Of a DNA stretch of 64,000 bases, positions 26,260 through 40,590 are shown piece after piece (the first letter of the stretch is position 1; every line of letters starts with the position of its first letter). Where the stretch lies: NCBI GenBank assembly GCA_951406725.2, contig OX597821.1, forward strand, positions 26,722,001 to 26,786,000, read 5' to 3'. The notes below the pieces were generated by a model, which was not told the origin of the DNA, made no database searches, and saw only the letters and a program-made list of their open reading frames with translations. Origin of the DNA: Octopus vulgaris. Taxonomy: Eukaryota. The translations under genes and the position numbers were made by a program.

Positions 26260-27560
26260 ATAAAATATACTACGAAAGGAAGAGGTAAAGAGAAGTAGAA
26301 CAGTTGAAGTGTTACCTTCCGGGATTATGATCCCTTCTCAAGGACATGTGGAGAAATGAGGGCTGGAATAAATCGTTGCTCAGACGTCTTGGGGAAGAGG
26401 TTGACATGCACTGACTAGCAACATTTGTGTTGCTCAGTGCTGATTTTGGCTAGCTAGTAAAATAAACCTCCATTATTCTAAGATTGCTCTTTGATTACAT
26501 TGAGTGTCTCCGAGGGAGACTGTGAAATCCTGAGTTTGGCACTTCTGTAGGTGTTAGCTGATTGAGGTGTCTGTGCACATGTGTTCCTTGTTGCGACTAT
26601 GCAGTTTTCTGGTGGTGCTCTCAATGTAGGATGCCCCATATTTACTCATACAGCATGTAGGCCCTCGAGCACAATTTCAAGCTGTTGACGGGGAAATGAG
26701 ATAGTAAAAAAGTAAAAAAAGTAGAGATACATTCTCGTGTGAAGCCGACTCAAAAGGACCGGTTTCCCAGTTTCCATGACATATAATTTCCCCACCTGGA
26801 TGGAACACTGGTCCGTCACAGGATTACTAATTTCTGTAAGTTGAGCAGACTGGAGCAGCACAGAAATAAAGTGTTTTGTTCAAGAACACATCGTGTCACC
26901 CAGTTCAGGAATCTTACGATCATGAGTCCAACACCGTAACCACGAGGTCAGGTGCCTCCACAAATTAGATATTGATGCTATTCGTGGTATAATTTCTAGG
27001 CAGAAACTTCCTCATGTATGAACCAGTGTACACCATCTATATGATAAGTCCCTCCTGCGGATCGCATGATGTAGAGAAGCAGACTTGATTGGTAGTCAGA
27101 CTTGGGAGTATAGGCCTTCTTTTGAGGTTTACTGACTCTAGCGTTGTTTAAACGCAATCGTTTGGCTAAAAGTGAAGGAGATTCACTGCTTAAGATCGTG
27201 TGTAATCGCTCGGTGTTCGTAGCTTTGTGAGCTACATCACTGTAGCTATCGCTTATACGAATAATTTCGTTTCGTAGGTCTTGCTGATTTGGCTCTGATG
27301 TGCAAGGCTTACTCGTAGTGCAAAGATTGCTACTAGCAGCTTTCTTGTAAAAGTTGGTATAGATGGAACGCTCTTCTGTAATCCCGAGGTGGAAATCTAG
27401 CAAAGAAAGGGTTTCGGACTCGTTCAGGTGTTCAATTTTTATTTCTATGTGTTTGTCGATGTTGTTGAGTCAGTGGCCTCTTGCCAGGATTAAGTGAGCA
27501 TATTGGGGGTCGTCAACGTATTTGGAGAATAAGGCTAATTTAATAACCCCAGTCTGCTCC
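26260..27560 (-). mobile_element. Penelope-like element relic (RT C-terminus and GIY-YIG), interrupted by a family D SINE
   Basis: LFSKYVDD (RT), LSLLDFHL...IYTNFYKK (PLE thumb-like), GASYIESTTRKLHSRNKEH (YIG.T.R...R..EH). Degenerate hammerhead-like remnant with a GGGAT/ATCCC stem at ~26310-26345. Confidence 0.75.
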
Positions 27561-28047
27561 TGCCACCAGTCTGCGCATGCTGCCAGTCAATACATTCCAC
27601 CAGTTTCCGCGTGGCACCATACTTCCTTATCTGGACAACTACTTATTCTGTCCCTCATTTCTCCATTAGCCCCGAAGAAGAGTTCATAACCACGAAATTT
27701 TGACATATAAGGTAAAACTCCTACTGTTCTTGTGTTAGATATCATTTTTTTTTGTTTTGTAGTTTACTTTGTATTACTTCTCGCAGTGTTTCGGTCTTAT
27801 CTTACAAATATATACATGTACTGTACAAAGGAATTAAAGGTAAAGTTATGCTGTTTCGAAATAATCCTTATATATATATATATGTTTGTTGAAATGGAAA
27901 GATGAATTTTCTTGTTACAGATTATTCAAAAGTTTAACCGATACCTGGGTAGCAAAAACCACAGCAGAAACAAACACAGTTGGAGATAAGACCATTTGGT
28001 GTTGCAACCGTGCGTTGGTGCGGATTTCTTCCATTCACTAATTATAT

Positions 28048-28116
<69 letters not shown>

Positions 28117-28401
28117 GGAGTATATCCAAACTTACAGGGAAAAATTAGACTTAGGATTAAATCAAATTTCACAGTATAAATATAAATATAAATTAAATTA
28201 CAGATAAAACCACTATTAGGCAACTCAGACAGTGATAGACATAAACCAAAACATAAAAAACAATAAATAAATATAATTAATATACTATATAATATATATA
28301 TAAAATATAAAATTTAAAATATAAATTATTAAAATTTTTAATTTATAAATTTTTAAATTAAAAAGTTTTTAAACTTTTAAATTTTTATCTCTAGTTTAAT
28401 T

Positions 28402-28498
<97 letters not shown>

Positions 28499-28726
28499 AT
28501 ATGGGCGCTAACGACTTTAAGTTTGCGTCTGGCTTTCGAAACGTTTCAACCAATCTGGGGTTGTTTACGCTTCCGTACTTTGGCGGATCGGCAGGAAGCG
28601 GTAGACAGAATAAATACCAGACTTAAAAAGAAATGTTGAGATATTGAAATTTGATCGACTGAACTTCAGTCGATCAAATCTTCAGGATCTCAGACAGAAA
28701 AGCCGTCTAAGTGTTTTGGTGTTTTT

Positions 28727-28794
<68 letters not shown>

Positions 28795-29048
28795 GAACAC
28801 AGACACACAAACACAGAGTGGTATTTTAGGTTTTTCAAAGGAAGTAAAGAAAATTGAATGTGTATACATGTTTGTATATACACACACACATATATATATA
28901 CAAACAGTCATTTACATATATACATCCATACTCTCCTGTATATGTGTGTGTGTGTGCGTATATACATTTGTTTGTATAGACACTAATATATACATACAGT
29001 CATTTACATCCATACATCCATATATATGTGTGTATGTGTGTGTGTGTA

Positions 29049-30466
<1,418 letters not shown>

Positions 30467-30509
30467 ACACACACACACACACATATATATATCATGTCGT
30501 TCAGTGGAA

Positions 30510-30745
30510 GGCGGCGAGCTGGCAGAGACCTTAGCACGCCGGGCGAAATGCGTAGCTGTATTTCATCTGCCGCTACGTTCACGTTCTGAGTTCAAATTCC
30601 ACGGAGGTCGACTTTGCCTTTCATCCTTTCGGGGTCGATTAAATAAGTACCAGTTACGTACTGGAGTCGATATAATCGACTCAATCCGTTTGTCTGTCCT
30701 TGTTTGTCCCTTCTGTATTTAGCCCCTTGTGTGTAGTAAAGAAAT
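30510..30745 (+). mobile_element. SINE family A
   Basis: Head-to-tail match; flanked by the duplicated sequence ATCAT(G/A)TCGTTCAGTGG. Confidence 0.9.
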
Positions 30746-31479
30746 ATATACATATATATATATATATATCATATCGTTCAGTGGTTAGAGCGATGGGCTT
30801 ACAATCATGAGGTAGTGAGGTTCGATTTCCTGACCGAGCTGCGCGTTGTGTTCTTGAGCTACAGAAATGAGTTGTGACATCACAGGTGGCAAACTGTATC
30901 GGTCTTCGTCTTTTCCTTGGGTGGCATCAGTGGAGTGGAGAGGGGAGGCTGGTATGCATGGTTGAGTGCTGGTCTTCCATCAACAATGTTACCCGGACAA
31001 TCTTCTAGGTACAACTCCATGGTCATTCATGACCGAAGGTTTTTTTTACACTTTTACGTCTATATTCACATAATGCTATTGCATCATACACTCCTTGCGG
31101 TTCCTTCTAATCTGATTCTATTAGAGTAGCGGGTGTCCCTTTTGTCACTTCTTTAAAGTCATTTAGACAATCAATATCCAATGCAATCATGGAATAGAAG
31201 TCCTAATCCTAAGATTTTGTATTTGCGTTTACTATCTGTTAAGGCATTTCGTCATGCAATTATATGTATACCATTATCAGTAGTAAATGTAAATCAAAGT
31301 TAATTTTGAAAAGTTGCACATGGCTTTGTATTGTTGATATAAGAATCAGGTTTAAATGTGGAGATGAAGGGAACAAATGAATAATGATCGGCTGGTACCG
31401 ACCATTAAGATCTATATTTTTTCACTACTCAAGAAACATTTCAGGTTGTATGGAGTGACGCATGGATAAATCAAAGGCA

Positions 31480-32910
31480 GCATAGAAAGAACACAACAAA
31501 CGGAGACCTACAAAACACGACATGAGGAAAAATAGACGATAGCACAACAAATAGTAAACAGGACAAGAACAAGATACAAGGATCATTTGCAACCGATTTT
31601 CTCATCAGTAGGAATCTAGGAAGTCCTTGTAGTTTCACCCCTTTAACTTCGAGACTACTCAAGTCCGGCGGGTACCAGGGACTTCAGCTAAACGCATTAA
31701 GCCCCTGGGAAAGGCAGACGAATGTATACAAGAACGAAAACAGGAACAGAAACAAAAACGAGAAAGCTAGAATTACACACGTGCAATAGAACCCCTTTCG
31801 ACTATACAATACAAGGGGAAAATGTACGTATACGAAGCAAATAAATAAATAACAGAAAATATCTGTCGACCATTGGACGAACGTAACGTTATGAAATAAT
31901 AATGCAAGTGCAACAGAAAAAGGATTATACATATACAATTGAGAAACGCCTTTCGGCTATACAGCAAAAGGAGAGTAATTGTACAATTACAGCATAAATA
32001 AATAACATAAAGGGTCTAGGCGTTTGTCCGTTGTATATGTATAATTCTTTTTCTGTTGCACTTGCATTATTTTTTTCACAACGTTACGTTCGTCCGATAG
32101 TCGAAAGATCCTTTCCGTTTTTTATATATTTGTATTCGTATATACTCTTTACTCTTTTACTTGTTTCAGTCATTTGACTGCGGCCATGCTGGAGCACCGC
32201 CTTTAGTCGAGCAACTCGACCCCAGGACTTATTCTTTTTGTAAGCCCAGTACTTATTCTATCGGTCTCTTTTTGCCGAACCGCTAAGTTACGGGGACGTA
32301 AACACACCAGCATCGGTTGTCAAGCAATGCTAGGGGAAAAACACAGACACACAAACACACACACATACATATATATATATACATATAGACGACGGGCTTC
32401 TTTCAGTTTCCGTCTACCAAATCCACTCACAAGGCATTGGTCGGCCCGGGGCTATAGCAGAAGACACTTGCCCAAGGTGCCACGCAGTGGGACTGAACCC
32501 GGAACCATGTGGTTGGTTAGCAAGCTACTTACCACACAGCCACTCCTGCGCCTACTGCGCCTATGTGCATTTTTCTTTCTCTTGCATAGTCGAAAGATGT
32601 TCTGTTGTACGAGTATAATACTAGTCTTCTCGTTGTTGTGTCTGTTCTTGTTTTCGGTCTGGTATAAATTCGTCTGCCTTTCCCAGAGGCTTAATGCAAT
32701 TAGCACCCACCCTGGCGCTCGCCGGACTCGAGTAATCTTGAAGATAAGGGGGCGAAAATACAAGGACTTTCTGGACTCCGACTGATTAGGAAATCAGCCG
32801 CGAATGGTCCTTGTGTCTTGCTTTTTTCCTGTTTGCCGTCTGTCGTGCTGTCGTCTATTTTCCCGCATGTCGTGTTTTGTTGGTTTCCGTTTGTTGTGTT
32901 CTTTCTATCG
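31480..32910. repeat. Old inverted duplication with a SINE inserted in the right arm
   Basis: 31480-31938 is a diverged reverse complement of 32031-32143 plus 32560-32910. Confidence 0.85.
32144..32552 (-). mobile_element. SINE family B, full length
   Basis: Minus-strand head GGCGCAGGAGTGGCTGTGTGGTAAG, B box GGTTCAGTCCC, tail GTAAAAGAGTAAAAGAG. Confidence 0.92.
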
Positions 32911-33213
<303 letters not shown>

Positions 33214-33595
33214 ATGTGTGTTTATGTGTGTATGTTTTCGTGCATGCGTATGTATATCTATGAAGGCATATGGCCAACTGTCTAGGATGTTGCAGTCAGG
33301 ATTGTAAGACTGTAGTTTCGATTCACAAACATGCTGCGTGTTGTGTTCTCGAACAAAACACTTCACATTACGTTGTTGAAGTTCACTTAGCCGCAATGGT
33401 CTGGCGTATTATTCAGAAAGAAAGAAGGCATGTCACCCCATGCTTCCTACACAGCGCGTGGTGGCACCATTTGAAGGCTGACACAACATAGAGAGATGCA
33501 TTGTGATCAGCAGTGTGTAACAACATCTGATAGTCAGGTCGGTACAATTTCACACACACATACTCTCTCTTTCTCTCTCTCTCTCACACACACAG

Positions 33596-33645
<50 letters not shown>

Positions 33646-33659
33646 GAACTCATATAACT

Positions 33660-33990
33660 ACGCTTGGTATCAAATAACATCAGAGACTTGCCAGAAATAC
33701 TTCGCAACAAACTCTGCTGGAGCACAACAGCAAAGATAAGTCACAGTTTACTCAGAATTTACCACCACGGGGAGCAAGATGGCATAATTCATCTCTTGTT
33801 CTCTCTTGAACGGTCACATCTAGAATACTGTTATATCCTGTGGTTTCTGCATACCAAAGAAAACATTAGAATTGAGGCAGCCCAGAGTGCAATAACAAAT
33901 GAATAAAAAATGGCACAACTGAAATTTAATTCTTTGAAGTTCTCTTCTCTATAATGCTGGCATGAACGCTACATCATTTGCACAATATGG
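33660..33990 (+). mobile_element. CR1-clade LINE C-terminal relic
   Basis: SLERSHLEYCYILW...IRIEAAQSAIT resembles the CR1 RPHLEYC...W...IE.VQR motif. Confidence 0.6.
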
Positions 33991-34939
33991 AGTGTAGTGT
34001 GATGGAGCAAAAGGACAACAGAAAAAGAAGCAAACGGGAGAAAGAAATACAAAAGGCCTTACCTGTTGACCTCAGCGAAATCAGCGGTCAGTCTCACGAA
34101 TTAAACACGTCTTGTCTCTTTGCCGTCTTTGCTCGAACTGACCAAACGTGCTTCCTGACCACACGTGCTTCCTGTCCACGCATGCGCCTTTCATTCTTCC
34201 GCCGGCCCCTGCAGTCTTCACTTCCCTTTTGCCTCATCTACCATCCTCTCCACCAACACCACATAGCTCATCACAGCCCATAACACCGCATACACCACAT
34301 GAAGAATATACCACCATCATTGCTCTAAGCGACATTAACATCCAGTTTAGAATTCACCAAAAGGCGAGAATTTCGTGTCTTACTCCTCTATGCAAACCAG
34401 ACACAGAACATATACTCAACATTGCAACAGTTACTCTACATTTTCTTCAACAGTCCCTGCTATAATTAATATTATATCAGAACAAGTCAAAGAAGGAAAC
34501 GATACCATAAGTTTCAAACAATATCACGAAAAATTTCTTCAAGGGATAATAAACCATTTATATCGCGATGCATCTTACTGAACAACAACTCACTGCCTTA
34601 ATGGGCTATGGCACAAAACTTGACTTTAAAATGACTAGAAGAATCCAATCAATTAGTTAGTTAGTTAGTTAATTTGGCTCAAAAGCAAATAGCAAGTCCA
34701 TGTAGGGGGACATGGAGTTAAGTACAGGGTGGTGTTCATGTAAAGAGTTCAGGCCACTTGAGGTCTAAGTCAGTCGTGGTCTGGACCAACGTTGGCCATC
34801 TACATTATATACAGTATATGTATGTATATATGTGTGCGTGTATATATATGTATATGGATGGCACATACACACACTCACACACACATATTATGCAAATATT
34901 GTGTATATATTGTATAAGTTATATATATATATATATATA

Positions 34940-35140
34940 AAGTTAAACCAATCAAGAAAGCACAAAAAAACACAACAACGCGAGGACGTGGAACAAATAT
35001 AGTATTATTGGACGCTCAGGAAAGAAGGAGGGTTTAATGTTTCGAGCGGAGCTATTCATCGGAAACATAGGAGAAGGAAAGATCCAGAGAAGGGAAGACA
35101 GAGGAAAAAAATCGCTAACGGTACACACGAGGTCACATTT
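34940..35140 (-). mobile_element. Copy of the 2812-3016 element with hammerhead-like motif at 35032-35066
   Basis: Minus strand: GTTT CCGATGA A TAGC TCC GCTC GAAAC ATT AAAC; adjacent to (TA)n. Confidence 0.65.
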
Positions 35141-35415
35141 TGAAAGACCGGAAGGAAATATATAATATATATGTATAATAGATATAGGGTAAAGAATTAT
35201 TAATTTAATAATTAACAAATTTTACCCAGTAGCTTCGGTCTGGAAAAAAACCATCATTGGTAAAACTTATACAAAAAGATTTTTGTAATTATAAACATAA
35301 GGGTTTAGCAACAAGTTAGAAGAATTAGCTGTTCTGACTGCTATTTCTAAATTTTCGGTATGTGGTGAAGCAATTTGTTGCTAAACACTTAATTATGTTT
35401 GTATATATATATATG

Positions 35416-35466
<51 letters not shown>

Positions 35467-35587
35467 TTAGAGATAAAACCACTATTAGGCAAATCATACA
35501 ATGAAAAACTTAAGCCAATACATAAGATTAATTAATTTATATTATTTCAAATATATATCAAAATTATTAAAAAAAGATAATTAGTAT

Positions 35588-35653
35588 AACACTACGATCG
35601 TTTCATGGCTGTCCAATTCGTAAAAATTCGAGTTACAGTCATTCTTCAGGTGA
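35588..35653 (-). ncRNA. Minimal type I hammerhead ribozyme, canonical core
   Basis: Minus strand: CAC CTGAAGA ATGACTGT-(loop with internal hairpin)-ACAGCCAT GAAA CGATCG TA GTG. Stem I CAC/GTG, 8-bp stem II with one mismatch, palindromic stem III, GUA triplet; in an element bounded by (TA)n. Confidence 0.7.
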
Positions 35654-35737
35654 TTGAAATATTTAACTTAGCGAGGTTTAATCAATATATATATATATAT
35701 ATATAATGTATAATACATAATTTCTACATATTAGAAA

Positions 35738-36045
35738 TTGCTGGACGTTGGTCATATTTCTGTCCTAGTTTTCAAACAGGGCATCAAAGCGCCGGCAGTA
35801 AATAACCGACCGATCTCATTTACCTCTCATATCATCAAATTATTTGAGAGCGTGATGAGATCTCGAGTAATTTACTTCCTAGTAAGTAACTGCCTACTTA
35901 TTCGTAACCAGTGTGGTTTTCGCAGTGACAGGGACTGCCTAACACGGACCCTACAACACTTTGATGGTGCACCAAAGGTTCTTGGAGAGGGTTGCAAGGC
36001 AGAATTCCTCTACCTGGATATCAACAAGGCCTTCGACAATTATTT
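35738..36045 (+). mobile_element. CR1/L2-like LINE reverse transcriptase fragment
   Basis: NNRPISFTSHIIKLFE...QCGFRSDRDC...YLDINKAFD. Confidence 0.85.
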
Positions 36046-37019
36046 TTGGTCTCTGAATTGAGGAAGGGAGTCAGGTATCTTCAAGTTGGAGATCTGACCA
36101 GAATATTTACAACTAAAATCTTTCAAGCATTTGGTGACGGTGTTAAATGGCATGGCAGATTAAATTTACCACCTAAATGGGCTACATCAAGATTTGAACA
36201 CAGAACGCAGCAGCTGATGTTTTCTTTATCGAACACAGAAGGATAGAAGGCAATTTGACCTTGCGAAGCCCTTGACCTCAGAATTGAAGCAACTGAAATA
36301 TATACCGGAAGGTATTTCGATCGACGCTCTAACGTATCCGCCAAGTCACCGCCTACAGTTTAGTAAGTGAGAAAGAGGGCGATAGGAGAGTAAGGTAAAA
36401 ACGGTAAGGGTAAAATAAGGTAAAAACGACATCAAGTTTAATGAAGAAAAAGAAAGGAGGAAAAGGTAACAAAGACATGCCAGTGAAAGGTACAGCTAAA
36501 AATTGATGGCGTTGGTGGTGCAGGGAAAGTGAGGAGTGGCTTAGATTGGAATTCTTGTTTTGATTCGATGATGCATTTCCAAATAAGGAAGTGGTGGTTG
36601 GTGGGGGGTTAAAGGAGTGTAAAGTCATGCAAACGATTTGCTGACAATACAATAAAATTATGCTTACAAAAATAAAAAATGAATCCTTGTACGAGAAAAA
36701 GTCTAATGAATTGATAAAAATAGAAAGTTATTTTATACAGAATTATTATTGTAACAGCAGCAACAGCAGCAGTAGTAACAACAACAACAACAACAACAAC
36801 AATATAAAATAATGCTATTATTATCATATCCTACTATTAATGAATACTGTCAAGTATTACAGTTGAAATAATGAAATATCTGTAAATCGAAAGGAGAATT
36901 AGATAGATTAATGCGTATAGTAGAAGTTGATGGTAGATATGGGACACACTTTAAGTGTACACAATCTATTGGAACATCAACTAGATACATCAATGAGCGA
37001 GATTAACTTCTGTATGGAT

Positions 37020-37526
37020 TCATACATATAACTTCACACACATACACATACATACATACATACATACATCCATACATCCATACATACATACATACATACA
37101 TACATACATACATACACACACATATACATACATACATACATATATACATATATACATACATATATACATACATATATACACACATGCATGCATACATGAA
37201 TACATACATACATACATGCATACATACAGAACTACATACATACATATATACTCACATACATACACACACACATAATACATACTCACGTACATACACACAT
37301 ACATACATATATACATACATACATACATATATACATACATACATATATACATACATACATACATACACACATACATGCATACATACATATAAACAAACAT
37401 ACATACATACATACATTCGTACGTACATACATACATATATTCGTACATACATACATACATTTGTACATACATACATACATACATACTTACATACATACAT
37501 ACATACATGCATACATACATACATAC
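37020..37526. repeat. Degenerate (TACA)n microsatellite
   Basis: Visible directly. Confidence 0.97.
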
Positions 37527-38129
37527 AGCTACGTAACGATACACTTGGACTGTTCGTTCCTTTCTCTCTGAATTTTTTCTCTTTTTGATGAAGAGCCATG
37601 TTTGAAACGTCACACCCCACATTTTCCATCTAAAACTATCTCTGTGCATCAATCTCATATATTTACTGTGTACATCCTTCTAACTTTTGTTGTTTTTTCC
37701 TGTTTTTGTTTCTAACTTGCATGTGTGCCTGCCTTCCAGTTGTTGATATTGGTATTGAAATAGCAGCGACCTCACATAGAAATCAGAATCTGTATTTCTC
37801 GGATCGCGTGGTTGGGTAAAATGTTGGTGACGCCTTGCTGTGCAGTTAATAAGATGGATATATATATATATTTCGTAAACGACAGACTATGCTGATGATC
37901 TTGCAGATGTTTTCGTATCCATATACGTAAATATTAACAAGTGAAACTAATTAGTACGTAGGTAATGGTTTTTTTATTTCCGTATATTTTCATTCGTCTT
38001 ATTTTTAAACTTTGGTTTTTGCTGAATTTTTTTTGAGAACACATTCTTTGTGGTAAATGGCGAGTTTGACGTCTATATCTAGCATACAGGCTGTCCACTA
38101 TTAGTGGTCATTCCTCTAAATTTTGTATA

Positions 38130-38198
<69 letters not shown>

Positions 38199-38634
38199 GT
38201 GTGTGTGTGTGTGTACACAGTGTAAGGATACGAGCTATTAATAGTTTCTTGCTCTGGACACACGGGTCTAGGCAAGATTTATAACAAGCCTTGTGTCTCC
38301 AGCCACCTCTGACCACATGGTCTATTCAACTTAAAAATCAGGACACTAGATCAAATTGAATTGAACGTGTGCTTAGAACCTGAAGATTGCTTGGGGACGC
38401 AAGGCATGTAATAAAAACCTGTTTAGGTCCGCTTCTGCAAAGCATGAATCTATTAGTACTTCATATCTTTATACTACGTACATTAAATTTTTCTTGATTT
38501 TACTGCAATAGTAAACTGTAAATGTATCGCAAACTTTGGAAGCGCCGAAAGTCTTGGTATTTTACAGACTGCTTGTCAATATCTACACATCTACAATAAC
38601 TACGCGTATGCACATAGTTATGAATAGCTCAGAT

Positions 38635-39218
38635 GGCGGCGAGCTGGCAGAAACGTTAGCACGCCAGGCGAAATGCCTAGCGGTATTTCGTCTGCCGTTA
38701 CGTTCTGAGTTCAAATTCCGCCGAGGTCGACTTTGCCTTTATTTCTTTCGGGGTCGATAAATTAAGTACCGGTTACGCACTGGGGTCGATGTAATCGACT
38801 TAATACCTATGTCTGTCCTAGTTTGTTCCCACTATGTTTAGCCCCTTGTGGGCAATAAAGAAATAGGTATTTACGTTCCGAGTTCAAATTCCACCGAGGT
38901 CGACTCTGCCATTCATCCTTTCGGGGTCGATAAATTAAGTGCCAGTTACGCACTGGGGTCGATGTAATCGACTTAATACCTATGTCTGTCCTAGTTTGTC
39001 CCCTCTATGTTTAGCCCCTTGTGGGCAATAAAGAGATAGGTATTTACGTTCCGAGTTCAAATTCCGCCGAGGTCGACTTTGCCATTCATCCTTTCGGGGT
39101 CGATAAATTAAGTACCGGTTACACACTGGGGTCGATGTAATCGACTTAATACCTATGTCTGTCCTTGTTTGTCCCCTCTATGTTTAGCACCTTGTGGGCA
39201 ATAAAGAAATAGGAAATA
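38635..39218 (+). mobile_element. SINE family A with three tandem 173-bp body/tail units
   Basis: One head, then units beginning TTACGTTC at 38698, 38871 and 39044. Confidence 0.92.
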
Positions 39219-39798
39219 AGATATGAATACCCCAGAACGTATTCCCGCAACTCACAATACAAAGAAAATAGACAAACGAATAGGTTATATAGTCTCGCTA
39301 CAATATTTCATCATATTTTATTATGATGTAACATCGCAAATTCAGTTATGTAAGGCATGCAACATTCATAAGATAATGCAATATATCATTATATAATCCC
39401 TCCCACGACAAATCATCAGGTAACCGCATGCAGATCAATATTTGATATGCTGTTAGATCACATGCTGAAAGTTTCAGTCTGTTTCGGTTCCTCTTTCATT
39501 TGCGGATTACCAAACGCCAGCGAACTTTCCCCTATTGATGAACAAATAACTAATGTAATAAATTATCTGTTGATTTGTTTATATTGTCTAGCCCTCATGC
39601 GTGGGATGCTTTATTTTGATATGCCTCGATCTTTAAACAGACCACTTTCAATCAGTTAAAAGAAATATAGATAAAATATGAGAACATACAAATATCTACA
39701 CGCATTAACAAACACACTAAGTGCAGTACTTCAAGATACCTAAAGATACCAAGATATATGGCTTAACATACATTTCCTAAGAACACTTATGCATTACG

Positions 39799-40513
39799 CT
39801 AATGGCCTCTGGCTTAAAATCTGAAACAGAAGGGTTTATCATAGCAGCTCAAGATCAATGCCTACCAACAAGAAACTACCAGGCCAACATATTAAAGAAC
39901 GGCAGTAGCCCTACATGTCGTGTATGCCGACAACAAAATGAAACCATTGATCATGTTGTCTCCAAATGCAGTCTTCTAGCGCCTACAGAGTACCTCAACA
40001 GGCATGATAGAGCTGCACAATATATTCACTGGGTAATTTGCAAAATTACCAGACATCATATTGAAAGACTTCAGACAAAGAACATGCCTCCTCATTGATA
40101 TTACTGTCCCAATCGATATAAACTTATCTGTCAAGACCTACCAAAAACTGAGCAAATATAAAGATCTTGAAATAGAAATCAGTAAAATGTGGAACCTGAA
40201 GACTAAAACAATACCTGTTGGGAATGATAGCGAAAGGGGCTGATTGCTACCTAACTCAGATACCAGGAAACCCCAAAATGGCAGAAATTCAAAAGATAGT
40301 GCTCATGGGAACTGCTCATATCCTACGCGAAATACTCTCTATGTAATCCCAAGGTTTAAAACAAACTTTTTTTTAAAATTTATGTATTAGACATTCACTA
40401 GTACAACACCAAAAAACCCCCAAATATATGGCACACTAGACATAACAACAACGTGAACTTCCAACTTGTTGTCTCTTGAGGTCTCTGGGTGAGACTTGAA
40501 GCAAAAGTCAAAC

Positions 40514-40573
<60 letters not shown>

Positions 40574-40590
40574 TAATAATAATGATAATA
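39799..40590 (+). mobile_element. R4/Dong-like non-LTR retrotransposon 3' end with (AAT)n tail
   Basis: ETEGFIIAAQDQ, CCHC motif CRVC...ETIDHVVSKC, RHD, PDII...CLLIDITVP...KLSKYKDL (RLE); internal deletion; (AAT)n at 40517-40590. Confidence 0.88.

Noticed and set aside
38635-39218. Regularly spaced repeats resembling a CRISPR array
   Set aside because: 173-bp tandem SINE units with no unique spacers; eukaryotic context and no cas genes.
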